Shown: piece after piece, positions 39,642-47,644 of the stretch
How the letters are laid out: every line of letters begins with the position of its first letter
Position numbering within the stretch: the stretch's first letter is position 1
Origin: Burkholderiales bacterium
GTDB taxonomy: Bacteria > Pseudomonadota > Gammaproteobacteria > Burkholderiales > JAHFRG01
Reading direction: 5' to 3'
Assembly: GCA_035518095.1 (NCBI GenBank)
Contig: DATIXX010000020.1
Span: 697 to 64,696, forward strand
Length of the DNA: 64,000 bases
Made by a program: the position numbers and the translations under genes
The notes under the pieces: model-generated
What the model was told of the DNA's origin: nothing
What the model saw: only the letters and a program-made list of their open reading frames with translations
The model's database searches: none

Positions 39642-40334
39642 TTATCGGGCAATAACCGTATTTGGGTCTTTCGCCCGGCAGGAAATTGCATGACGCATCG
39701 CCGAGAGCCGGGAGGAATCCAAAGACTGGTTTCTTTGGTTTCCCGCACACAGCGCGCCACGAAATCCAAGATAGTCCGGTCCAAGTTCGATTAAATAGGG
39801 CACGTCGTCCAGCTGCAGCGAGCCGGCAAGACCCGCCATCAGCCCCAAGGCTTGCGCACGCTGTACGAATTCCCGCAATGCTGCGGCAGCCATCTGGCCG
39901 CGAAGACCGCCGTTGACCTTGTTGGCGGTGTCAAGCATGGCACCCGCAAAGCCGGCCTTGGCAAGATCGGCAAGCAGGCCAAAGTCGCAACTGCGGTCGG
40001 CAAAAAGCACGGCGATTAGCCGCGTATTTCCTGCAAGAGCGGCGATACAATTCTTGTCGGCATCGAAAAAACCGACTTTAATGAAATCCACCCCGGTGGC
40101 GGCCATTCGCGCAGCGGCGTCGCGCAAAATTTGCGGCTGCATCGGCAAATTCCCCAAGGTTGCGCTGACCGTGCAGCGTCGATCCACCATCTTTACCGCA
40201 CGCGCCACGGTAGCCAGAGGCAACGCACCGAGCATGCCGGCCTCGGGATCCTTTAAATCAACGACGTCAGCGCCGCAGGCGAGCGCGAGACGTGCTTCAG
40301 TCAATGATCTTACGCTTGCGAGCAGTCGGGTCAT
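39642..40334 (-). CDS. mfnB: (5-formylfuran-3-yl)methyl phosphate synthase, MfnB-like (Orf22)
   Basis: LASVRSLTEARLALACGADVVDLKDP and DFIKVGFF indicate an aldolase-type TIM barrel. The ATG at 40334 overlaps the upstream stop (ATGA). Confidence 0.8.
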   Translation of the reverse strand: MTRLLASVRSLTEARLALACGADVVDLKDPEAGMLGALPLATVARAVKMVDRRCTVSATLGNLPMQPQILRDAAARMAATGVDFIKVGFFDADKNCIAALAGNTRLIAVLFADRSCDFGLLADLAKAGFAGAMLDTANKVNGGLRGQMAAAALREFVQRAQALGLMAGLAGSLQLDDVPYLIELGPDYLGFRGALCAGNQRNQSLDSSRLSAMRHAISCRAKDPNTVIAR

Positions 40335-40906
40335 GCGGTGTGTTTTTGCGCCAAAAGCGTGCGGTGCGCGTTGATTTTTTCCAACAACCAGCCCCATGCT
40401 TCGCGTTCTGCGGGACCGGCGGTTTTTTCAATTGCAATGGCGAGGTATTTCACTTCGCTTTCGATCTTGTCCCACGGTAGCATTTGCAAACGACTCACCA
40501 GGATTGCCGCCTCCAGCACCGCCGCCTGTGCGCGGTTAAAGCCGCGGAATGGTAAGTGGTTGACGCGATGTACCACCTGGCAATAGAGCCGTGGGCGTAA
40601 CTCGTCCTCGTCCATGTGGTCGAGTTTCAGTTCACAGTGTGCAAGCGCCGATTCGAGCCGCACGCAGGGCACTTTGTCCGCGGGTACAGTGGGCCAGTCA
40701 CGACGGTCCGTAAGGCAGCCGGCGAATACGCGCACATCGTCGCAACAATTGACCACTGCGCAGTTGCTCTCGAGGACATTATCCAGGGTGGTGGACGGGC
40801 GAAACGGCGCGAGTAGGATCATACCGCGGTCTTCGCGAATGCCCATGGGCGCGATGTGAACGCGGCCGTCATTGGCCCTGGTGGAAACTATTGTTTCAAA
40901 AATCAT
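40331..40906 (-). CDS. DUF447-type split-barrel protein of H4MPT islands (Orf17-type, function unknown)
   Basis: 191 aa; MIFETIVSTRANDGRVHIAPMGI is typical of this family. Confidence 0.65.
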   Translation of the reverse strand: MIFETIVSTRANDGRVHIAPMGIREDRGMILLAPFRPSTTLDNVLESNCAVVNCCDDVRVFAGCLTDRRDWPTVPADKVPCVRLESALAHCELKLDHMDEDELRPRLYCQVVHRVNHLPFRGFNRAQAAVLEAAILVSRLQMLPWDKIESEVKYLAIAIEKTAGPAEREAWGWLLEKINAHRTLLAQKHTA

Positions 40907-40936
40907 ATCGGGCCTGAACCCTCCAGTAAATTCTGC

Positions 40937-42358
40937 CTATTTGTTTTTTGCTTTTTTCTTCACCACTTCAAGCGTCGTGCCCGGTGCACGATGCTGCGTC
41001 AAATCCTCTGGCTTGCGCTCAACTGCGCAGCCCCAATCCAGTTCCTCATCCTGATTGTAACGCTTGGCCAATTGCCAGGCGACTTGCGCGCGCGCCAGCT
41101 CCACCCCGAGATAGAAAGCGTGCGCGGCATCGTTCTTCAGATCGAGATGGGGAAACAAGGCAAACGGATCGGTGGCAATATGTAGGCCATCGCGGTTGTA
41201 AATGTGAATGCCTTGTTCGCTGACTTGAATTCTGTAGCTCGGATCCTTGATAGTGCCTGCCAGCTCGGCGATCTCTTCCGCGCTGTCCGGAAAAGGTTTG
41301 CGTGCATGGACGGTAAGCAGTTGCGAGGAGAAATCGCGCGGCAGGCTCGACGCTTCCCGCGCCGCGTACATAATACGTCGCGCCACGTCCGCTTCGCGTA
41401 CCGCACGCCGCGCATGCGGGCTTACTTGGGTCGTGAGAACGTTGGTGACACGCAATTCCGATATGATGCCCATGAGCAGCGCGTTAATCCCCGTAGTGTC
41501 GGCATCGGTCAATTCCGTCAGATTACCGATCCCCATCATGATCTCGGCTTCCGGATGCCGCCGCCTCAGCTCGTAATACCGCGCCAGCGAGTCGACAAAT
41601 CCGGTGTGTATCGGGTCCAACACCGAGTCGGCAATAAACCGGCGGCCGCGCGCCGCCATTTTTTTCATCGCTCGCTCAAGCGACGCGATATCGCCGGGCA
41701 AGTCAGGAATCAGCACCGGAGTTGACTCAACTTCCTCCGCAACCCATAAGGTATTTTCCTTAAGGCTTAACAGATAATCCGCTCCGGCTTTGCCGCCGCG
41801 CAGCAGTTCTTCCGGTTCGATCGAATCCACACTGATTTCATATCCCGACGACTTCAGTGTGAGAACCGCTTCTTCGAGATGGGGAAACGGTGTTTCCGGT
41901 AGGCAGCCGAGGTCAATCACATCTGCACCATCGTTACGGTAGCTTTTCGCACACCGCAGAATCTGTTCGATGTTTAGTTGAGGCGCGTCAACGATTTCGG
42001 CGAATATGCGCACATCGTAACGGCTCAGGTCTTTGTTTGCGTCACGCCTGCCGAAGTACTGCGGCAGGTCTTTCAATTCATCGGGCCCGCGCACCACGGG
42101 CACGCCGTAGTGTTCTGAAATGGCTTCAAGATTACCGCGGCAGCGGCCGGGCACCATGATACGAGTGCTGTTGCCGGCCGTGGGCAGGCGTCGCATGATC
42201 AAATCGGCGGTCATCAGGCCCGCTACACTGATGCCGATGTTCAATACCTGGTAAGTGAATTCGCCGGGCTGCATTTGGCTGAGTACCCGATTGAGGCTTT
42301 TTTCGGCCAGCCTGCCGGTGAGAAATAAGATGTGTTCGGACATACGCTTAATATACAC
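40937..42358 (-). CDS. Dihydropteroate-synthase-like pterin-binding protein (H4MPT biosynthesis)
   Basis: It has a pterin-binding barrel (GADVIDLGC, ISVDS, IMMGIGNLTE) plus a C-terminal extension. The start (GTG 42358 versus ATG 42343) is uncertain. Confidence 0.75.
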   Translation of the reverse strand: MYIKRMSEHILFLTGRLAEKSLNRVLSQMQPGEFTYQVLNIGISVAGLMTADLIMRRLPTAGNSTRIMVPGRCRGNLEAISEHYGVPVVRGPDELKDLPQYFGRRDANKDLSRYDVRIFAEIVDAPQLNIEQILRCAKSYRNDGADVIDLGCLPETPFPHLEEAVLTLKSSGYEISVDSIEPEELLRGGKAGADYLLSLKENTLWVAEEVESTPVLIPDLPGDIASLERAMKKMAARGRRFIADSVLDPIHTGFVDSLARYYELRRRHPEAEIMMGIGNLTELTDADTTGINALLMGIISELRVTNVLTTQVSPHARRAVREADVARRIMYAAREASSLPRDFSSQLLTVHARKPFPDSAEEIAELAGTIKDPSYRIQVSEQGIHIYNRDGLHIATDPFALFPHLDLKNDAAHAFYLGVELARAQVAWQLAKRYNQDEELDWGCAVERKPEDLTQHRAPGTTLEVVKKKAKNK

Positions 42359-42385
42359 CTGGGGCGGGGACCGGCGATTTCAGCT

Positions 42386-42931
42386 CTATATGCCCAGCGC
42401 CTTCATGCGCGCGCTAACCGCGTCGCGCAACTCTTCGATGCGCATAACCACTGTGACATTTTCAAAGCTTTTCAGTTTTTCCGTGTTGTCGAGATCAATT
42501 TTGCGCGGGTATAGCGTCACCCACTCCTTTGGCGCTTCAGTGGTTACCACCGGCTCGGTATCGCAAGCAAAGACGATGCTGTGTACTCGACACTTTCCGG
42601 CTTGCGCGAAAATGTTGGTAACCAGGCTGTCTGAAATGCCGCAAACGCATTTGGCGACCGTGTTGGACGTAGCGGGAGCGATGACCACGGTATGGTAATG
42701 CCCGTAGTAGAACAAACCTACCGGCGCAGCACTTGCGGTGTTGTCCCGGAATACGCGAAAGCGCGCGCGCAGTTCCTTCAAATTGTGAGCGTACATGTGC
42801 ACAACCTCGGCCGCTGCTTTCGACAGATATAGGTCGACGTGCGGCAACTCAAGCGCGATGTTCAGTGATTCCCTGAGGAAATGTCCGGAGCCGGTTAGTG
42901 CCCAGGCGAGGCGGGGCTTGTGATCGCGCAC
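42386..42931 (-). CDS. AfpA/DmrB-family flavoprotein (candidate dihydromethanopterin reductase)
   Basis: LAWALTGSGHFL and VVIAPATSNTVAK are flavoprotein (CoaC-fold) motifs. The start is a GTG, 14 nt after the upstream stop. Confidence 0.75.
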   Translation of the reverse strand: MRDHKPRLAWALTGSGHFLRESLNIALELPHVDLYLSKAAAEVVHMYAHNLKELRARFRVFRDNTASAAPVGLFYYGHYHTVVIAPATSNTVAKCVCGISDSLVTNIFAQAGKCRVHSIVFACDTEPVVTTEAPKEWVTLYPRKIDLDNTEKLKSFENVTVVMRIEELRDAVSARMKALGI

Positions 42932-42945
42932 GCTAGAACCTGTCT

Positions 42946-44892
42946 CTAGCGAAGGGTATCTTTATTTGGGTCTTTAATATTCAGCCGCTGCATTTTTCGG
43001 TACAGGGTATTGCGGCTGACCTTAAGTTGCCGCGCCACATTCGTGATGTTCCAATGGTGGCTTTCCAATTCGCGACACAGTGCGCCCCTCTCTGCAGACT
43101 CCAGAGGATTGAGCGCTGCCATCGTATCGTTGCGGATATCGCGCGCTGGCTCCCGGCCGCCGCCGATTTCCTGAGGTAGGTCCTTGATGGCGATGGTGTC
43201 GTCTTCGCGTAGCGCAAGCACGGTGCGCAGTACATTGCGCAACTGGCGGATATTGCCGGGCCAGCGATAACGTTCCAACGCCGCCAGGGCCTGCTCGTCA
43301 ATTTCAACTTTACGGCTCTCGGTATTTTCTGTTGCCAGAATATTTTTTATTAGGCTGCGCTTATCGGCGCGCTCGCGCAGCGGGGGCAAGGAAACACTGA
43401 GTCCGTTGAGGCGGTAATACAGATCCTGGCGGAACTCTCCCTTAAGTATTTTTTCAGTAAGATTGCAATGCGTGGCGCTGATCAGTTTGATATCCACTTT
43501 TACCGGGAGCTCGCTGCCGAGAGGCAGGACCTCGCGTTCTTCGAGCACGCGCAGCAGCCGCGCCTGAAGCTGGATCGGCATATCTCCGATTTCGTCCAGG
43601 AACAATGTGCCCCCGTTCGCCTGAAAAATTTTTCCTCTCTGGCCTTCCCTGCTTGCGCCGGTGAACGCTCCGGCCTTGTACCCAAACAATTCGGACTCGA
43701 TCAGCGTTTCCGGAATGGACGCACAATTGATAGCCACGAACGGCTTATCGGCGCGGCTGCTCGAATAGTGCAGGGCTTTGGCGAACATTTCCTTACCTGT
43801 GCCGGTTTCTCCATAAATAAGCACCGCCACTTCACGGCTCAGCACGCGCTTGGCCGCACCGATATTGCGCTGCATTAATGGATCGCCAAACTCCAGCTCA
43901 TCAAGCGGTGAGGTCCCGGCTGCAGGAGGGGTGTTTAAGCCTTTCCGGTACCCGCGCGGCGCGGCCGGAACCGGCTTGACGCCTTCGGGCTGTTGTGCAA
44001 CCGCGAAATAGCGGCCGCCGTGTCGCGCTTCGAAGATCGGCATCGGGCGGAATGAATTGCGCGAGGAAAGCTCAAGCGAGGATTGCAGTGTTGTATTGAA
44101 CAATTCGCCAATGTCCTTGCCGCAAACATCGCGCGGCACCGAATATCCGAGCTGAAATAAAGCGCTGTGATTCGCCGCCATCACGCGGCCGTCCCCTGCA
44201 AAAGCGATCGCGCCCTCGCCCAGGGTGCCCACAAATTCAGGTCGGCTGTGGAAGCGCACGATGAATTCCCTGCTGAAATTCGAAAGAAAAACCCGGTTCT
44301 CTATCATTTGCGCCGACATGTTGACCAGTACCAGGGTGTGCTGCTGTGCCAGCCGAGATTCCCCCGAAGCATCCAATACGGCAAGCAGCTTTCCCTCGTG
44401 GTCGAAAATCGGCGCGGCGGAGCAGGTAAGCCCGATATTGCGCGCCAGGAAATGTTCCCGGTGATGAATGATCAGCGGTTTTTTTTCGATCAGGCAGGTG
44501 CCCATTCCATTGGTACCTTGGTATTGCTCGCTCCACACCGCGCCCAGCATCAAGCCTGTTTTTGACGCGGTAACGGTGAACTCAGGGTCACCAAAATAAC
44601 TGAGCAGCACGCCGTCCACATCGGTAAGCATGATGGCGTACCGCGAGCCCGCGAGTTGCTGATAAAGATTGGACATTTCGGTCTTGGCTATAGACAGTAC
44701 CTCGACGATTCGCTCCTGGCGTTCCAGCAATTCGCGCCGGTCCACGACGGCCGGGTCCCGGGGGCCTGCAGGGTCCAACCGGTAATCGTCGAGGCAACGC
44801 TTCCAGGAACGGATGACTCTGGCGTCGTCAAATTTTACCGCGCCCTTCAGGACGGAATGAATGAACTTGGCGTGCGTGGTGAGATCAGACAT
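42946..44892 (-). CDS. Sigma-54-dependent enhancer-binding protein with an N-terminal GAF-type sensor (AcoR-like)
   Basis: Walker A GETGTGKE, the GAFTGA loop (KAGAFTGA), LFLDEIGDM and a C-terminal Fis-type HTH (NITNVARQLKVSRNTLYRKM) are present. The N-terminal ~300 aa are AcoR/GAF-like. Confidence 0.9.
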   Translation of the reverse strand: MSDLTTHAKFIHSVLKGAVKFDDARVIRSWKRCLDDYRLDPAGPRDPAVVDRRELLERQERIVEVLSIAKTEMSNLYQQLAGSRYAIMLTDVDGVLLSYFGDPEFTVTASKTGLMLGAVWSEQYQGTNGMGTCLIEKKPLIIHHREHFLARNIGLTCSAAPIFDHEGKLLAVLDASGESRLAQQHTLVLVNMSAQMIENRVFLSNFSREFIVRFHSRPEFVGTLGEGAIAFAGDGRVMAANHSALFQLGYSVPRDVCGKDIGELFNTTLQSSLELSSRNSFRPMPIFEARHGGRYFAVAQQPEGVKPVPAAPRGYRKGLNTPPAAGTSPLDELEFGDPLMQRNIGAAKRVLSREVAVLIYGETGTGKEMFAKALHYSSSRADKPFVAINCASIPETLIESELFGYKAGAFTGASREGQRGKIFQANGGTLFLDEIGDMPIQLQARLLRVLEEREVLPLGSELPVKVDIKLISATHCNLTEKILKGEFRQDLYYRLNGLSVSLPPLRERADKRSLIKNILATENTESRKVEIDEQALAALERYRWPGNIRQLRNVLRTVLALREDDTIAIKDLPQEIGGGREPARDIRNDTMAALNPLESAERGALCRELESHHWNITNVARQLKVSRNTLYRKMQRLNIKDPNKDTLR

Positions 44893-45095
44893 CTGAAGAA
44901 ATAATTCTTTTTGGCTTTTGTGTTTTAAAATTGAAAATGCTGCAGCCAGTTGTGGCGCAAATTTTTTTTATAGCCAAGACGAAAGCTTGATACAGCAACT
45001 ATGTGTATTATAGTGTTTTACGTTAAAACTGGCTACGTTGTGTAAGTTGTCCTTTTGCAAAGTTTTTTAATGGCATATCACGAGGAGTTGATTCG

Positions 45096-45437
45096 ATGAA
45101 AAGGTATTTAGCTTGGCTGGCGCTGCTATTTTTGCCGGGGGCAGCGCTTGCTTACGATTACCCGACATACGACAGAGTGGCGTTCGTTTTGCAATGCGCC
45201 CAACAATATCCCGATTATCAGTATTACGGGTCCCTGTATAAGTGTTCCTGCGCGATTGACGCCATCGCCAAAAAAATGAAATACGACGATTTCGTGGAAC
45301 AATTTACCGCGGCGCGGGGACAACACACTGCAGGCGAGGGCGGCGGCATTTTCCGGGATGCACCCGAGATCAAAAAAATGGCGAAACGCTACGAAGAAAT
45401 CAAAGCCGAGGCTGAAAAGGAATGTCTGCTCAAGTAA
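45096..45437 (+). CDS. Hypothetical small secreted Cys-containing protein
   Basis: GAGGAG lies upstream. Signal peptide MKRYLAWLALLFLPGAALA; the mature protein has 4 Cys. No family was recognised. Confidence 0.5.
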   Translation: MKRYLAWLALLFLPGAALAYDYPTYDRVAFVLQCAQQYPDYQYYGSLYKCSCAIDAIAKKMKYDDFVEQFTAARGQHTAGEGGGIFRDAPEIKKMAKRYEEIKAEAEKECLLK

Positions 45438-45759
45438 GGCTTTAATGCGAAAGTTGCACAGATTTGGCCAAGGAGCATAGTTGTTTGCGGTCGCGGGCTT
45501 CGCGTCACGGGCGCTGCTATTTTAAGCTGTAAAAAACGGCGCTTTCAGCAATAGACCGTTACGAGAACTTTAGCGATCCAGGGCCCAGCTTCACTCATGA
45601 TTACGCCCGCCATCGGCCGGATCGCTGAATATCCATGAGATAAACTGCATACATTGAGTCCGGCACATCAACCCATGCTGCGCGGAGGATGGAGGTAATG
45701 CAGTACGGGAGGCAATTTTCCTGCAGCTCCCTCAACCCGCCAATCCCAGATCCAGCAGC

Positions 45760-46605
45760 TTAACTTCCCGCGGCGGTCACGCCGGGTTCCACATGGATGG
45801 AGCTGTTGAATTTGAGATCATTTGAATCAATGACCTCGGCTTTCAGATCGCCGGATGTGCGCGGAGTGAAATAAAAGCGGAAGTTCGGGTTTTCGCTGAT
45901 GGAAAAATCCACGTCAGCCGAGAGTATCAACTTGCCGTTGTAAGTAACGTCTACCTTTTTCACATAACGCGCGGGAATGTAGAGACGCGTCAACTGATCC
46001 ATTTGTAGCCCCGAGTTATTGGGATGGCTGATCATGAGCTGAGCGAGATTCGGATGATCGAGCGCAACTTTATTGTCAACGCGGAATTTCATTTTGCCGA
46101 GCCGGGCCAGTGCTGCCTCTTGATCTTTTCCTGCCGGTGCCGAGCAGCCGCCGGACGCTTTTACATAGCGCGTTGCCATGTATAGCTTGCCATCGCTCGT
46201 TTCGGCGATTGCCCGTACGTAGGTGTATTGTTCGATTCTCACCCGCGTGTCGATGTCCGCGCGCCCGCTATCCGGAGTGAGGTGAAATACTGCAGCAATT
46301 GGCGAGGGGTTCTGGTCGATAATCAGATAAATCTTTTGCACATACCTTTGCGATGTCTGCGGGATTCCGGCTTTGATGGAAATCGGAACCGTGGCCGCAT
46401 CTTCTGCCCGCACCGGCGCTTCAAGCGTGATTATTTCGTTTCCAGACGTCTCAATCGGCCGGCCTTCGAACAGCATATTTCTTACCTTGATCCAGGTTTC
46501 GGATTTGGAGGGATCCGTAGCGGTATCGGCCGCATTGGCGTGAGCGGCGCACAAAATCGTGCTTAAAACGAGCGCAAGCCGCGTCAAAGAAATTAAACTG
46601 TTCAT
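45760..46605 (-). CDS. Fused SoxY-like/SoxZ-like periplasmic carrier protein
   Basis: The ATG at 46605 gives a signal peptide. The SoxY-like half (ITLEAPVRAEDAATVPISI, IYLIIDQNPSP) ends in GGC (Cys codon 46144-46146). The SoxZ-like half follows (ISHPNNSGLQMD, SISENPNFRFYF). Confidence 0.75.
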   Translation of the reverse strand: MNSLISLTRLALVLSTILCAAHANAADTATDPSKSETWIKVRNMLFEGRPIETSGNEIITLEAPVRAEDAATVPISIKAGIPQTSQRYVQKIYLIIDQNPSPIAAVFHLTPDSGRADIDTRVRIEQYTYVRAIAETSDGKLYMATRYVKASGGCSAPAGKDQEAALARLGKMKFRVDNKVALDHPNLAQLMISHPNNSGLQMDQLTRLYIPARYVKKVDVTYNGKLILSADVDFSISENPNFRFYFTPRTSGDLKAEVIDSNDLKFNSSIHVEPGVTAAGS

Positions 46606-46675
46606 TTTTTGCCTTCCAAAAGCGGGTTCGGAAACACCACTGACAGTAGTATAGACGCGAACCTCAGCCCAGTCA

Positions 46676-47602
46676 TCAGTCTTCCCATTCGAGCTCGGCA
46701 TAAGCTGCCGTGACATTGCGCCGATGGAATGAATCGAACAACAGCCAGTGGTCGCGCTGCGATAATCCCACAGTATCCACGGCTTGTTGCAAGGTCTCCC
46801 CGCGCTTGATCGCAGCGCGCACTTCGCGCAGCAGATCATTCAAATAATCGGATTCCGCCTGCAGCGCCTGAGGCCAGGCCGGATCAAGCTCTCCATGTCC
46901 GGGAATGACGTGGCGCGCTTTGATTCCCCGAAGTTCCGTAAGCACACTGAGCCAGCCTTTGAGGCTGCCGTCAACGACCGGAATATGCCCGGTGAAAAGC
47001 AGATCGGCGAGCCACAGCGTCTGTGTTTTTTCGTCAAATATTGTCAAGTCGTTATCAGTATGCGCAGTAGGCCAGGCCTTGAGGACAAGCCGGCGGTTTC
47101 CGAGGTCAAGTTCCGTCGAATCCTTGACGGTCAGTGTCGGCAGGATGATTTCACTTCCTTGAGCCTCGGGCCCGACGTCGCGCAACAGCGCATGCAGATA
47201 GTTGGCGCCGCGCGCCGCCATTGCCGCAGGTAATTTGTAATGGCCGACAAACACCGGGTGATCCTGTTTGAAAGCCGCATTGCCGAAAATATGATCAGGA
47301 TGCATGTGCGTGTTGATGACATAGCATATCGGCAGAGGGGTTCTGCTTAATACCGCCTGGCGCAATCTGCGTCCAATTACAATGCTACCGCCAGTGTCGA
47401 TAACCGCAACGCATTTATCTCCAACGATAAAGCCGATGTTGGCGATATCCCCCAGATTTCGCGGCGAGCTTTCCTCTTGCGCGCCGGTGTGTACATAAAT
47501 TCCGGGCGCGATCTCGCTGATGGCGAAATCATCGGCCCGGGCCTTGACTGAAGCAAAAGCCAGAAATAAGCATAACAGTATGCGCAAAGACGGAAATACC
47601 AT
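46676..47602 (-). CDS. Periplasmic metallo-beta-lactamase-fold hydrolase (SoxH-like)
   Basis: The signal peptide starts at the ATG at 47602. The NTHMHPDH zinc motif and downstream PGHG are present. The gene is co-directional with, and 70 nt upstream of, the SoxYZ-like gene. Confidence 0.8.
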   Translation of the reverse strand: MVFPSLRILLCLFLAFASVKARADDFAISEIAPGIYVHTGAQEESSPRNLGDIANIGFIVGDKCVAVIDTGGSIVIGRRLRQAVLSRTPLPICYVINTHMHPDHIFGNAAFKQDHPVFVGHYKLPAAMAARGANYLHALLRDVGPEAQGSEIILPTLTVKDSTELDLGNRRLVLKAWPTAHTDNDLTIFDEKTQTLWLADLLFTGHIPVVDGSLKGWLSVLTELRGIKARHVIPGHGELDPAWPQALQAESDYLNDLLREVRAAIKRGETLQQAVDTVGLSQRDHWLLFDSFHRRNVTAAYAELEWED

Positions 47603-47644
47603 TTCTGCTACTATTACACAAATTGTCGTTAAGTAAAAAATCCG

